Shown one piece after another: positions 21,557 to 32,624 of a DNA stretch of 64,000 nucleotides. The stretch spans positions 8,006 to 72,005 of the forward strand of contig CBDEMG010000060.1 of the NCBI GenBank assembly GCA_965240855.1. The letters run 5' to 3'. Position 1 is the stretch's first letter. Every line of letters starts with the position of its first letter. Made by a program: the position numbers and the translations under genes. This stretch comes from an uncultured Bacteroidia bacterium. Its GTDB lineage: Bacteria > Bacteroidota > Bacteroidia > Bacteroidales > CAJPTX01. The notes under the pieces were generated by a model that was not told where the DNA came from, did no database searches, and saw only the letters and a list, made by a program, of their open reading frames with translations.

Positions 21557-22924
21557 CTACTCCATATCGTCACCAAACATACACGAACGCACACAACGAA
21601 AACCAATGAACGATTTCATCGAATCCTGATACTCATAGGCGCGCGTTGCAACCTGCAAGAAAAAATGCGTATCCTTCCACGAACCACCTCTAATCACCTT
21701 ACGCTTCATAGCAGGCGGATCCTCAGGTCGTGCATTATACTGGTAATCTGGATTCAAATCGTGCGTAAAATTATACGAACTCTCATCATATGCCGTACTT
21801 GTCCATTCCGCTACATTCCCCGCCATATTATACAAACCATAATCATTCGGATTAAAGCTTACTACTGGCATTGTCGTTACACCTCCATCCTCTGCATACC
21901 TACCTCGCAACGGCTTAAAGTTTGCTACCAAACAACCATTTATCGAACGGGTATAATAACTACCCCAAGGATACATACTCGAACTCAAACCTCCTCGTGC
22001 CGCATACTCCCACTCCGCCTCCGTCGGTAACCTAAAATCATGCACTGGATACTCTCCATTGCGTATATATGATCTATTCAATCGGTTCGTCCGCCATACA
22101 CAAAATGCAAATGCCTGCTTCCACGACACTCCTACTACTGGATAATTATCAAAATTTGGATGCCAAAAATAATTCTTCGCATTCGGCTCATTGAACGAAT
22201 AACTCCAGTCACTTATCCATGCCAACGTATCTGGATATACATTCACCTTATCGCGAATTATAAAATCCTTACGCTTACGCACCGGTATACTCTTACTCAA
22301 TGGGAAATAAAAAACATTCGCCTTTTCTGGCCAAGCACCGCTATCTCCTCTCTCAAAATCCCAACGGTTAGTCGTCTGAGCTGCTTGACGCAAATCTATC
22401 CAACTAAAAGTATAATTCAACTTACGAGTATCTATTTCTTTACGCCCCTCAAATTGATCATACTCCTTGTTATAATACAACTTCTGTACAGCTTCATACT
22501 GATCCTGATCCGTCAAATCTATTTCTATATCCCAGTTCAAAATAGGAGGCTCAAGCGGATTACCAAAATCATCCTCTGTTATATTAAACTCATCATCAAT
22601 CTTTGCTAACTCCCTACGCATCAAAGAATCGCGAACATGAAAAACAAACTGACGATACTGATTATTACTTATCTCCGTAATATCCATCCAAAACGACTCC
22701 AACGTTACGGTCTTCGTCGGTGCCCTATGTGCCCAAGTAACATCCTCATCATTTCGCCCCATGGTAAATGAGCCGCGCGGAATCCGAACCATATTAAATG
22801 GTTCTGGCTCTGTACGGAATTCTCGTCCCGGAACTCCCGTCAATTCGCCATCATCACGTATGCCGCATCCTACCAAAAACACTAGGAAGGCTAACTCCAT
22901 TATTAATAATAAACGCCTAATCAT
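21557..22924 (-). CDS. gldK: T9SS/gliding lipoprotein GldK (PorK), FGE-sulfatase fold
   Basis: 455 aa with lipobox FLVGC. SUMF1/FGE-like motifs are present (RGGSW, GFRCV, YGLYNMAGNVAEW). Confidence 0.9.
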   Translation of the reverse strand: MIRRLLLIMELAFLVFLVGCGIRDDGELTGVPGREFRTEPEPFNMVRIPRGSFTMGRNDEDVTWAHRAPTKTVTLESFWMDITEISNNQYRQFVFHVRDSLMRRELAKIDDEFNITEDDFGNPLEPPILNWDIEIDLTDQDQYEAVQKLYYNKEYDQFEGRKEIDTRKLNYTFSWIDLRQAAQTTNRWDFERGDSGAWPEKANVFYFPLSKSIPVRKRKDFIIRDKVNVYPDTLAWISDWSYSFNEPNAKNYFWHPNFDNYPVVGVSWKQAFAFCVWRTNRLNRSYIRNGEYPVHDFRLPTEAEWEYAARGGLSSSMYPWGSYYTRSINGCLVANFKPLRGRYAEDGGVTTMPVVSFNPNDYGLYNMAGNVAEWTSTAYDESSYNFTHDLNPDYQYNARPEDPPAMKRKVIRGGSWKDTHFFLQVATRAYEYQDSMKSFIGFRCVRSCMFGDDME

Positions 22925-22989
22925 ACTCCTTGCTGTTTTCTTCTACTTAGGAAAGATGCTCCATATATCAACTCTCTCTGTTCGTTCTA

Positions 22990-24006
22990 CTATAAATACC
23001 GAATACTCTTATACTGACGCGGCTGAGTCTGTTTCTCAAGACCAAAAGAATATCCTACAAAAACCTCGTGCGAACCACTCGTAAATTGACGAATCGCCCC
23101 CACAGGATAATCATAACTATATCCTATGCGCAATGTCTCAAACAATAATATTCCAGCTAATGCTCCAACAGATTCCGAAACATGGTACGACGCACCAAAC
23201 CAAAACAAATTATTATATCGTGCATTCAAAGTCATCGAAAGCATATACTGTTCCAAATCTGTCCGAGCCAAAAAACTCGGTTCCAAATTCCAACGCGACG
23301 ACACTGATAAATCATACCCCCCTACCATATAATACTGGCGCGCATAATTCAACCGACCGATCTTTGTTACACTACGACTAATCATTCTACGTAAATCACC
23401 TCCTAAAAGGTTCTGACCCGACACTCCAAAATACATACTACGCCCCGTATAATACAAACCGAAAGAAACATCCAATGCAACTCCATTCGCCTTCGCCTTC
23501 GGTATTGCAGGATCATTATCTACAGGATCCACACTCTTCCATGTTGCATCAAACCGATCATTTAAAGCCCTTATTCCCAAACCTAAAGCAAGAGACCCCA
23601 AAGCTCGCAAATGAAAACGACCACTATAAGATAACTCCACGCCATTCGTCGAACCAAATCCGATTGCATCTCGCATCAAATGTATTCCCAAACCATGAGA
23701 ATACTGCATCTTTCTCCCAGGACTCATTTGTGACAGCTTACGGTAAGCAAACGGAACATCAAAATTCACGAAAAACAGTTGAGGAGCCCCCTTTCCATAA
23801 CCGATCCATTGCTGACGCGCAAAAGCATACACTCCTATCATACCTTGACTACCTGCATAACCAGGATTAAAATCCAGCTGATTATACATATACTGACGCA
23901 TACGGCCATCACTCTGTGCATACGACACTACGAAAAACATACTCAACGTTGCCACAAGCAACGTCAAGCGTATTATATTACACCCTTCTACACACAACTG
24001 CCGCAT
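22990..24006 (-). CDS. porP: T9SS outer-membrane protein PorP/SprF family
   Basis: 338 aa with a signal peptide, the YMYNQLDFNPGYAG motif and a beta-barrel-like alternating pattern. Located directly upstream of gldK. Confidence 0.85.
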   Translation of the reverse strand: MRQLCVEGCNIIRLTLLVATLSMFFVVSYAQSDGRMRQYMYNQLDFNPGYAGSQGMIGVYAFARQQWIGYGKGAPQLFFVNFDVPFAYRKLSQMSPGRKMQYSHGLGIHLMRDAIGFGSTNGVELSYSGRFHLRALGSLALGLGIRALNDRFDATWKSVDPVDNDPAIPKAKANGVALDVSFGLYYTGRSMYFGVSGQNLLGGDLRRMISRSVTKIGRLNYARQYYMVGGYDLSVSSRWNLEPSFLARTDLEQYMLSMTLNARYNNLFWFGASYHVSESVGALAGILLFETLRIGYSYDYPVGAIRQFTSGSHEVFVGYSFGLEKQTQPRQYKSIRYL

Positions 24007-24020
24007 ATAAAACTAATTAC

Positions 24021-24035
24021 TCAAAAACGCGACTC
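24021..24035. repeat. Direct repeat copy 1 (TCAAAAACGCGACTC) in the porP leader
   Basis: 14/15 identical to 24111-24125. Lies 15-29 nt upstream of the porP ATG. Confidence 0.4.
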
Positions 24036-24110
24036 AAAGTAACAAAAGATCCAACACACAACCAAAACAAAAGCTAATTTCCCCCAATCCCTCAAGTATA
24101 CAAATACACA

Positions 24111-24125
24111 TCAAAAACGCTACTC
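24111..24125. repeat. Direct repeat copy 2 (TCAAAAACGCTACTC)
   Basis: 14/15 identical to 24021-24035, 90 nt away, inside the same ORF-free spacer. Confidence 0.4.
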
Positions 24126-24625
24126 TTATCAATTTATTTTGTACACTTTTATCAAAATCTACAAACAGACTTTACAAAAACAGACACCTAAGAAACGCAA
24201 GACAATTTTAAAAGTTGCACAAAAAAAATAATTACTTCATTTACATCTGCTTGCAAATCTCATAAACTAAAATCACTCTATTTCCAATATTCTTACATAG
24301 AATTCTACTGCTGATCCAACGGAGTTGCAGAAAATTTTTCAAAGACAAGAAAATTATGTCTCTCAGTACAAAAAAAACTCGTTCACAATCTCCAACAATT
24401 CAACTAAGATCCTTGCGCATACAAATCTATACAAAAAAGGACTCCTGTAATACACAGCTTGGGCAAAATAAGCTCAAAAGGAATTTCTACTCACTCGCAC
24501 AAATACTATACACCCAAGAATATCCATAACTAATACGATAACAATTACCCTTGCTACGAGTGTTCTGCACGAGTACAAACATCCTCCATATAAAGATGTA
24601 GCTCATTCAAACAAACAACTAGCAG

Positions 24626-24644
24626 AAAAGAGCTCATCTCTTTT
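24626..24644 (-). terminator. AT-rich hairpin after topA (possible terminator)
   Basis: Minus strand reads AAAAGAG-ATGAG-CTCTTTT, 28 nt after the topA stop. The stem has low GC. Confidence 0.3.
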
Positions 24645-24671
24645 AGAAATCTACATAATGTATTTCCTTTA

Positions 24672-27035
24672 CTATTCAGATAGATCTCGTTTCTTAACAG
24701 CTCTCACTCCACGCTTCACAGGAGTTCGTTTCACACTTTTTTTCGACTCCTTCTTCTCTTCTATTGCTATCAACGATATCAAATCCGACGCTGTTACTTT
24801 CATCGCATCCACTTCTTTCGGTAACCTATACGATTTTCCATCATATTGTACCCATAACGAATTCCAACGTCCTTTTACTATCTTAAGGGGGATCTTCGAA
24901 TCAAATACCCGGACTAAACGAGCAGCTTCCCATGCCTTCCTTGATTCTATCAATGCTATCGCTCGTACAGCATCTATTGTATAGGGATCATCTCCTTTTT
25001 CCAAGGATGCAAACATCTCACCCTTACGTATATAAGGACCAAAACGTCCAATACTAACCACCAAATCCTCTCCCTCATACTGTCCCACTACCCGGGGCAA
25101 ACTAAATAACGCTAATGCTTCTTCCAACGTTATCGTCTCCAGCAGCTGATCCGAGCGCAAAGGCGCATAACGCGGTTTTTTCTCCCCCTCCAGTTTCCCT
25201 ATCTGAGCCAAAGGTCCATATTTCCCTAAGCGCACCAATACAACCTCACCACTTGTAGGTTCTACACCCAAAATCCGTTCCTCTGTAGGTCGTTCTTTCT
25301 CTTCCAAAGCTTTATTTACCAAATCGTGAAATGGTTTATAAAACTCCGAAAGCATCTCTTGCCAATCTTTTTCGCCTGTAGCAATCTGATCAAACTCTTC
25401 CTCTACTTGCGCAGTGAAATTATACTCAAGTAAACGAGCAAAATGAGCCTGAAGATAATCTGTCACGACCATCCCCACATCACTTGGAAATAACTTCTTA
25501 CGCTCTGCCCCATATTTTTCCTCTACTGTATCTACTGCCAACTGCCCTTTCGACAAAACTAAACGCCAAACCTCTCGCAATTGCGACTCACGACTATCCT
25601 TCAATACATAACCTCTATTGACTATAGTCGCTATAGTCGGGGCATATGTCGAAGGGCGACCTATACCTAACTCCTCCAATTTCTTCACCAAAGAGGCTTC
25701 CGTATATCGCGGCGGATGCTGTGTATAACGCTCCTGTGCCACAATTCTTTCTACTATCAACTCCTGACCCAATGCCAACTTCGGCAAAAGTACTGCAGAT
25801 TCCTCATGTGTATCATCATCACTACCCTCAAGATATACTCGTAAAAAACCGTCAAATTGTACAGACTCCCCCGTCGCAACAAAAGGATAAGCAACCTCAT
25901 CTGCTCCTACCTCAACTACTGTACGCAACAATCGCGCTGACGACATCTGAGAGGCTACTGCTCTATTACGTATCAACGTGTACAACCGCTCATAGTCTAT
26001 ATCCATTTCTACTCGCTCTACAGCTGCATCAACTGGACGAATTGCCTCATGAGCCTCCTGTGCTCCTTTACTCTTTGTATGATAACGTCGCAACATATGA
26101 TACTCCATACCATAGTGCCCACATACAACTTCCTTCAAATTTGCCAGTGCCTGCTCGGACAAATTCACTGAATCTGTTCGCATATACGTTATTTTCCCAG
26201 CCTCATACAACCCCTGTGCAATCTGCATCGTACGTGCTGTAGAAAAACCTAATTTCCTACTTGCCTCCTGCTGCAGAGTCGATGTCGTAAACGGCGCTGA
26301 AGGATTACGCTCTAATTGCTTCTCTTGTATCCGTTGTACCTTAAAATTAATACCTATACACGAACGAACAAATGTCTCTGCCTCCGCTTGACTATGCATA
26401 CGCTCCACTACCTCGGCATCTAAAAGTGGATGTGTCGCAAATCGTCCCTGTACCCGGTAATAATGCTCTGATAAATAATTATGAATCTCCCGCTCTCTTT
26501 CTACTATCAAACGCACTGCTACCGATTGTACGCGACCTGCCGATAACGACGGACGAACCTTACGCCATAAAATCGGTGAGACTTCAAAACCAACCAAACG
26601 ATCCAATACTCGACGTGCCTGCTGCGCATCAACCAAATGCTGATCAATTTTACGAGGAGTCTCAAGTGCATGTAAAATCGCACTCTTTGTTATCTCATGA
26701 AAAACTATCCGCTGCGTACGCGAAATATCCAAACCTAAGACTACTGCCAAATGCCAAGCTATTGCCTCCCCCTCACGATCCTCATCAGAAGCTAGCCATA
26801 CCATATCTGCACTAGCAACCGACTTTTTTAACATCGCTACTATCTTCTTCTTATCCTCCGATACTTCATATTCTGGGAAATAACGCCCTGTTTTCTCATC
26901 TATTTGTACACTCAAGCCGTGTTTCGATAAATCTCGAATATGACCATAACTAGACAATACCTCAAAGTCCTTACCTAAAAAACGTTCTATGGTCTTTGCC
27001 TTAGCTGGAGATTCAACTATCACTAAATTTTTCAC
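24672..27035 (-). CDS. topA: DNA topoisomerase I
   Basis: 787 aa with a Toprim start LVIVESPAKAKTI, the acidic DEDREGE motif, the active-site region ITYMRTDS, and C-terminal FGPYI repeats without Cys fingers. Confidence 0.95.
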   Translation of the reverse strand: MKNLVIVESPAKAKTIERFLGKDFEVLSSYGHIRDLSKHGLSVQIDEKTGRYFPEYEVSEDKKKIVAMLKKSVASADMVWLASDEDREGEAIAWHLAVVLGLDISRTQRIVFHEITKSAILHALETPRKIDQHLVDAQQARRVLDRLVGFEVSPILWRKVRPSLSAGRVQSVAVRLIVEREREIHNYLSEHYYRVQGRFATHPLLDAEVVERMHSQAEAETFVRSCIGINFKVQRIQEKQLERNPSAPFTTSTLQQEASRKLGFSTARTMQIAQGLYEAGKITYMRTDSVNLSEQALANLKEVVCGHYGMEYHMLRRYHTKSKGAQEAHEAIRPVDAAVERVEMDIDYERLYTLIRNRAVASQMSSARLLRTVVEVGADEVAYPFVATGESVQFDGFLRVYLEGSDDDTHEESAVLLPKLALGQELIVERIVAQERYTQHPPRYTEASLVKKLEELGIGRPSTYAPTIATIVNRGYVLKDSRESQLREVWRLVLSKGQLAVDTVEEKYGAERKKLFPSDVGMVVTDYLQAHFARLLEYNFTAQVEEEFDQIATGEKDWQEMLSEFYKPFHDLVNKALEEKERPTEERILGVEPTSGEVVLVRLGKYGPLAQIGKLEGEKKPRYAPLRSDQLLETITLEEALALFSLPRVVGQYEGEDLVVSIGRFGPYIRKGEMFASLEKGDDPYTIDAVRAIALIESRKAWEAARLVRVFDSKIPLKIVKGRWNSLWVQYDGKSYRLPKEVDAMKVTASDLISLIAIEEKKESKKSVKRTPVKRGVRAVKKRDLSE

Positions 27036-27128
27036 AACACCTACCCTTTTTACCTAACCTTATGTTGCACAAAGAAACAAAGAAAAATACAATCAAATCT
27101 CTCTCCTTTTTATCAAACTGTTCTTCAT

Positions 27129-27150
27129 AAAAAAAGCGCCTTTCGGCGCT
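27129..27150 (-). terminator. Rho-independent terminator of groESL
   Basis: Minus strand reads AGCGCC-GAAA-GGCGCT followed by TTTTTT, starting 8 nt after the groEL stop. Confidence 0.8.
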
Positions 27151-27158
27151 TCTCCTTT

Positions 27159-28817
<1,659 letters not shown>

Positions 28818-28929
28818 TTACCTATTTAATTATTACCACGCCCACCACCACTTGGATTACCTGTTGTTGACGGATATCCTGCTCCATTAGGATTATGGAT
28901 TGGCTGCGACGGTCGACTTCCTTTACCCA

Positions 28930-29208
28930 TTAGAGAACTGCTAGAATATCATTCTGACGCATAATGATGTATTCTACATCATCGACTGTGACTTCCGTAC
29001 CACCGTATTTAGAGTAGAGAACAATATCTCCCACCTTTACTTCCATCGTCACATCCTTTGTGCCATTACCAACTGCACGTACAGTGCCGCGTTGTGGTTT
29101 TTCTTTTGCCGTATCGGGAATTATGATTCCACTTGCTGTACGAGCCTCATTCTCTATGGGCTCTATTACTACTCGATCGCCCAATGGTCTTACTTTCAAT
29201 TCCGACAT
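28930..29208 (-). CDS. groES: Co-chaperonin GroES
   Basis: 92 aa with [13 protein letters not shown] and [14 protein letters not shown]. Confidence 0.97.
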   Translation of the reverse strand: MSELKVRPLGDRVVIEPIENEARTASGIIIPDTAKEKPQRGTVRAVGNGTKDVTMEVKVGDIVLYSKYGGTEVTVDDVEYIIMRQNDILAVL

Positions 29209-29356
29209 CTTACTTTACTCACTCTTTAACCTATTATACTATTCTCTGTTCACGTACTATACGTATCGAACATACTCAATTCTCTACCTATGCAAAACTC
29301 ACACCACCTAAAAGACTACTCCCAAAACTGACAAAGTGACACTTCGCATACTCGCG

Positions 29357-30079
29357 TCAACGACGCTTTTGCCCCCACCCCTTCTCATCTCTTCCAAAAT
29401 CCAATACTGCGACTTTGGCATATCTCTTATGTGCTCGCACCGCACAACCCATACTCTTCATAGCTTCACTAAGTAAAATACGTCTATGCCCCAAATCTTC
29501 ATTTCCCTCACCCGCATCTATCAGTAATTGTAATACTGTATACAAGCCATTCGGATAATCTCCATAGCCACAACACTCAGCATCAAAATCCGACTTACAT
29601 TTATAGCGACCTCTACTATGCCCCACTCGACCATCCGTCCCCTGTGCCATAGCAAAACACTCTGCTATATTAAACAACGATTCAGACGGCACTACGACAC
29701 CCCTCGCTGTGTTATTACTCAACTCTTGCAACAATGAAGCTTTGCGCTCATCAAATGCATAAGACTTCATATATCCATATACCCCCTCAAAATCTTTTAC
29801 AAACAACTCTGCAAATTGTGCTGGAAATATTCGTGCAAAATTCATATAGAAAAATATCTCCTGCTCATACTCTGTTAAATATTTCTCATTTTTTGCCGTA
29901 TTCAATATATCTAATTCCTCTTCAGAGAACATTCCTACATATTTTGCCTCCAACATATCGCGGTAATACTGCTCAGCCTCCTCGCGGCTTACTACCTCAT
30001 GATTTTTTACTGCCCATATTTGCGCTCGCACGACTCCCATACTCCCCACCCACAACAATAGTAATAGAAATCTTTTCAT
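29357..30079 (-). CDS. Exported CAP/SCP (YkwD-like) domain protein
   Basis: 240 aa with a signal peptide ending VRAQ. CAP-like elements are MNFARIFP, GHSRG and DLGHRRILLSEAMKSMGCAV. Assigned from motif pattern only. Confidence 0.5.
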   Translation of the reverse strand: MKRFLLLLLWVGSMGVVRAQIWAVKNHEVVSREEAEQYYRDMLEAKYVGMFSEEELDILNTAKNEKYLTEYEQEIFFYMNFARIFPAQFAELFVKDFEGVYGYMKSYAFDERKASLLQELSNNTARGVVVPSESLFNIAECFAMAQGTDGRVGHSRGRYKCKSDFDAECCGYGDYPNGLYTVLQLLIDAGEGNEDLGHRRILLSEAMKSMGCAVRAHKRYAKVAVLDFGRDEKGWGQKRR

Positions 30080-30264
30080 ATCTCTAATTTCTTCGTTTTT
30101 TCATTCTCTCTGCGAAAGACCTATCCAAAAGTACGAAATTTCACCCCCATTAAATTCCCTCCTCTTGCAAAGGAACTTACACCCTATAATATCCCCAAAA
30201 TTCCTACCTTGCTAGTACTAGTTCTCGTCAATGTTCATAAAACAAAGAAAAACTCGCGCTACAG

Positions 30265-31014
30265 ATGTCATTCCTTACCAAAAATCCACTTCTCGACTAT
30301 GAACTAGCTAAAATCCGGCACTGTCCCTTTTGTGACGAATTTGCACCTCTTATACACGACACGATGTGTTCCCATTGTTTTAATAAACTATCCCTTACCT
30401 ACACATGGGAATACTATTCTGCATTACAATTCAACACGCCTCCCGAATTTCGTCTTCTACAATACGTACTCCCTCTCGCGCTATATGAATCCTCAGGAAA
30501 TATTCGTTCCCTCATTTTCCAATTCAAATATCATGCAGAACTCCCGATCGGAAGAAATCTCGGGAAACTTCTTGCTCACTATCTCACTACCTCACAACTC
30601 GCAAACCAATTCGATGCCATCATCCCCGTTCCACTCCATTGGCGTAAATATATTATCCGCGGATATAACCAAGCTCGCGTCTTTGCTCAAGGGCTTGCCG
30701 ACTCCTTACAAATCCCTATTTACAATGCTCTTATACGTACTGTATACCGTAAATCCCAAACAAAAACTGCGAATCACCTACAGCGTTCAACCAACGTTCA
30801 AAGCGTTTTCAAACTCAAAAATAAAGCGCTGCAACAATGTGCTAACAAACACCTTCTCGTAGTGGATGATGTGCTAACAACAGGATCTACGGCCAGCAAT
30901 TGTATCGCCTGCCTACTCCCCATACCAAATGTGCAAATCAGCTTTGCATGCATCGCTATCCGCCCTACTATGCTCCGAGAAGCTTATTCACACGAAAATT
31001 TTTTATCCGACTAA
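30265..31014 (+). CDS. ComF-family phosphoribosyltransferase-like protein
   Basis: 249 aa with N-terminal CPFC...CSHC Cys pairs and the PRTase motif LLVVDDVLTTGSTA. Confidence 0.8.
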   Translation: MSFLTKNPLLDYELAKIRHCPFCDEFAPLIHDTMCSHCFNKLSLTYTWEYYSALQFNTPPEFRLLQYVLPLALYESSGNIRSLIFQFKYHAELPIGRNLGKLLAHYLTTSQLANQFDAIIPVPLHWRKYIIRGYNQARVFAQGLADSLQIPIYNALIRTVYRKSQTKTANHLQRSTNVQSVFKLKNKALQQCANKHLLVVDDVLTTGSTASNCIACLLPIPNVQISFACIAIRPTMLREAYSHENFLSD

Positions 31015-31147
31015 CAAAATATTCCAATATACCCATTCTACGTTCTCTACAGAGATATTCAAGACCTTGTCTTTTCTATTACTAAATATTACAAGCTCAC
31101 AATTTTTACAAACCTAAAGAATGCCACTCTATTCTCATTAAGAATCC

Positions 31148-31155
31148 TAACTTTG
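31148..31155 (+). promoter_or_regulatory. Candidate -7 promoter box TAACTTTG for gpx
   Basis: Exact TAnnTTTG match 32 nt upstream of the ATG at 31187. Confidence 0.4.
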
Positions 31156-31186
31156 CAAAGACAGATAAACACATTATTCATTAGTA

Positions 31187-31789
31187 ATGAAACATTATAT
31201 CATACTTGTGCTATTCACCATTTGTTTTATTGGTATAGCAAATGCTCAAAATTCTCTTTATGAAATCTCGGTAAAAAATGCCCAAGGAAAAGAGATAACC
31301 CTAAAGGAATATGAAGGGAACGTTCTCCTCATTGTAAATACGGCAACTGAGTGTGGTTTTACTCCTCAATACGAAGCTCTAGAACGACTCTATAAACAAT
31401 ACAAGGAAAAAGGGCTTGTCGTGCTAGACTTTCCTTGCAACCAATTCGGCGGACAAGCCCCCGGAACCATCGCGGAAATAAAAGGGTTTTGTACTGCAAA
31501 ATACGGAACAACTTTCCCTCTTTTTGCCAAAATTGACGTGAATGGAGCAAAAGAAGCAACTCTCTACACCTATTTGAAAAAGAAAAAAGGGTTCGAAGGA
31601 TTCTCGGGCGAACGTGCAGCTCGCATGGATGCGTTGCTCAAAAAGCAAGACAAGGACTATGCAAATAAACCCGATATCAAATGGAATTTTACAAAATTCC
31701 TAATCGACAAAAAAGGGAATGTTATTGCACGGTTCGAACCTACTGCAAGTATGACCGAGGTGGAAAATGCTATCAAAACACTGCTCTAA
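31187..31789 (+). CDS. gpx: Glutathione peroxidase (with signal peptide)
   Basis: 200 aa with catalytic Cys context NTATECGFTPQY, plus FPCNQFGGQ and KWNFTKFLI. N-terminal signal peptide ends ANAQ. Confidence 0.9.
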   Translation: MKHYIILVLFTICFIGIANAQNSLYEISVKNAQGKEITLKEYEGNVLLIVNTATECGFTPQYEALERLYKQYKEKGLVVLDFPCNQFGGQAPGTIAEIKGFCTAKYGTTFPLFAKIDVNGAKEATLYTYLKKKKGFEGFSGERAARMDALLKKQDKDYANKPDIKWNFTKFLIDKKGNVIARFEPTASMTEVENAIKTLL

Positions 31790-31807
31790 ACACCCTCTAC
31801 TTACAAA

Positions 31808-32536
31808 CTAAAAAACATATTGCACATCCTGAAAGGTACAGACATATTCTGTACCTTTTTTGTCTTGTAAATGCAGCTGACCATTGTCACAAACCGCGAG
31901 AAGACGTGCCATACACGACTCGCCTCGTACTACAAAAGGAAAAAAGCCTTGATTACGATACAAATTCTGCCAATACTCTGCTCGTATCTGAGTTGCTGTA
32001 TGTGGTGAGTAGTTGTCAATTACCTCCAGTATATCCCTTGCAATTTCCTCACTCGCTGTATTGGAATTGATCTGAGAAAAAGGCGCATGTTGCAATATCG
32101 ACGTCGCTGGTGGGTTATAGTGCGAAGGACTCTTACCGCGCCTTACGACATTTAATCCAACTCCCATTGCAGCACTAAGTAAAACGCCAGACTGGATATA
32201 CGTCTTAATGAGTATTCCACATATCTTTTGCTCCTCTACCAAAATATCATTCGGCCATTTTATGTACGCTACTATATTGCAGCTGCGTAAAAATCTTACG
32301 ATCGCTAACGAAACAATTTGAGATATTGTAAAGAAGGATCCCGCTGAAATCCCACCTAAACCAGAATAAAGTGTGAAAAGAATATCCCCCGCTTTTGAAT
32401 CCCATTTATTCATACCTTGTCCTTTTCCACTGCGTTGTTGCGTTGCAGTCACCAACGTAGGCAAAGGAAAGTTCGCCTTATGTTCCTCCACATACTTATT
32501 AGTCGAATCTACCGTAGAAAGAATAATTCTATGCAT
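31808..32536 (-). CDS. birA: Biotin--[acetyl-CoA-carboxylase] ligase (group I, no HTH)
   Basis: 242 aa with QQRSGKGQGMNKWDS (GRGRxGRxW-type), KWPNDILV and KICGILI. Confidence 0.85.
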   Translation of the reverse strand: MHRIILSTVDSTNKYVEEHKANFPLPTLVTATQQRSGKGQGMNKWDSKAGDILFTLYSGLGGISAGSFFTISQIVSLAIVRFLRSCNIVAYIKWPNDILVEEQKICGILIKTYIQSGVLLSAAMGVGLNVVRRGKSPSHYNPPATSILQHAPFSQINSNTASEEIARDILEVIDNYSPHTATQIRAEYWQNLYRNQGFFPFVVRGESCMARLLAVCDNGQLHLQDKKGTEYVCTFQDVQYVF

Positions 32537-32563
32537 CTAATTCACAATCTCGTTTATATAACA

Positions 32564-32590
32564 GACGCAGCCTTATGAAAAAGCTGCGTC
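32564..32590 (-). terminator. 8-bp GC-rich hairpin between valS and birA (possible terminator/attenuator)
   Basis: GACGCAGC-11 nt-GCTGCGTC, 35 nt after the valS stop. No clean U-tract follows it. Confidence 0.35.
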
Positions 32591-32624
32591 AAATTTCTTA
32601 TCAAAAAAAATAAAAGATCCTCTC

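Noticed and set aside
30332-30862. 176-aa same-strand alternative frame within the comF-like gene
   Set aside because: The overlapping frame 30265-31014 carries the PRTase motif and Cys pairs. The alternative frame has no motif and is fully nested.
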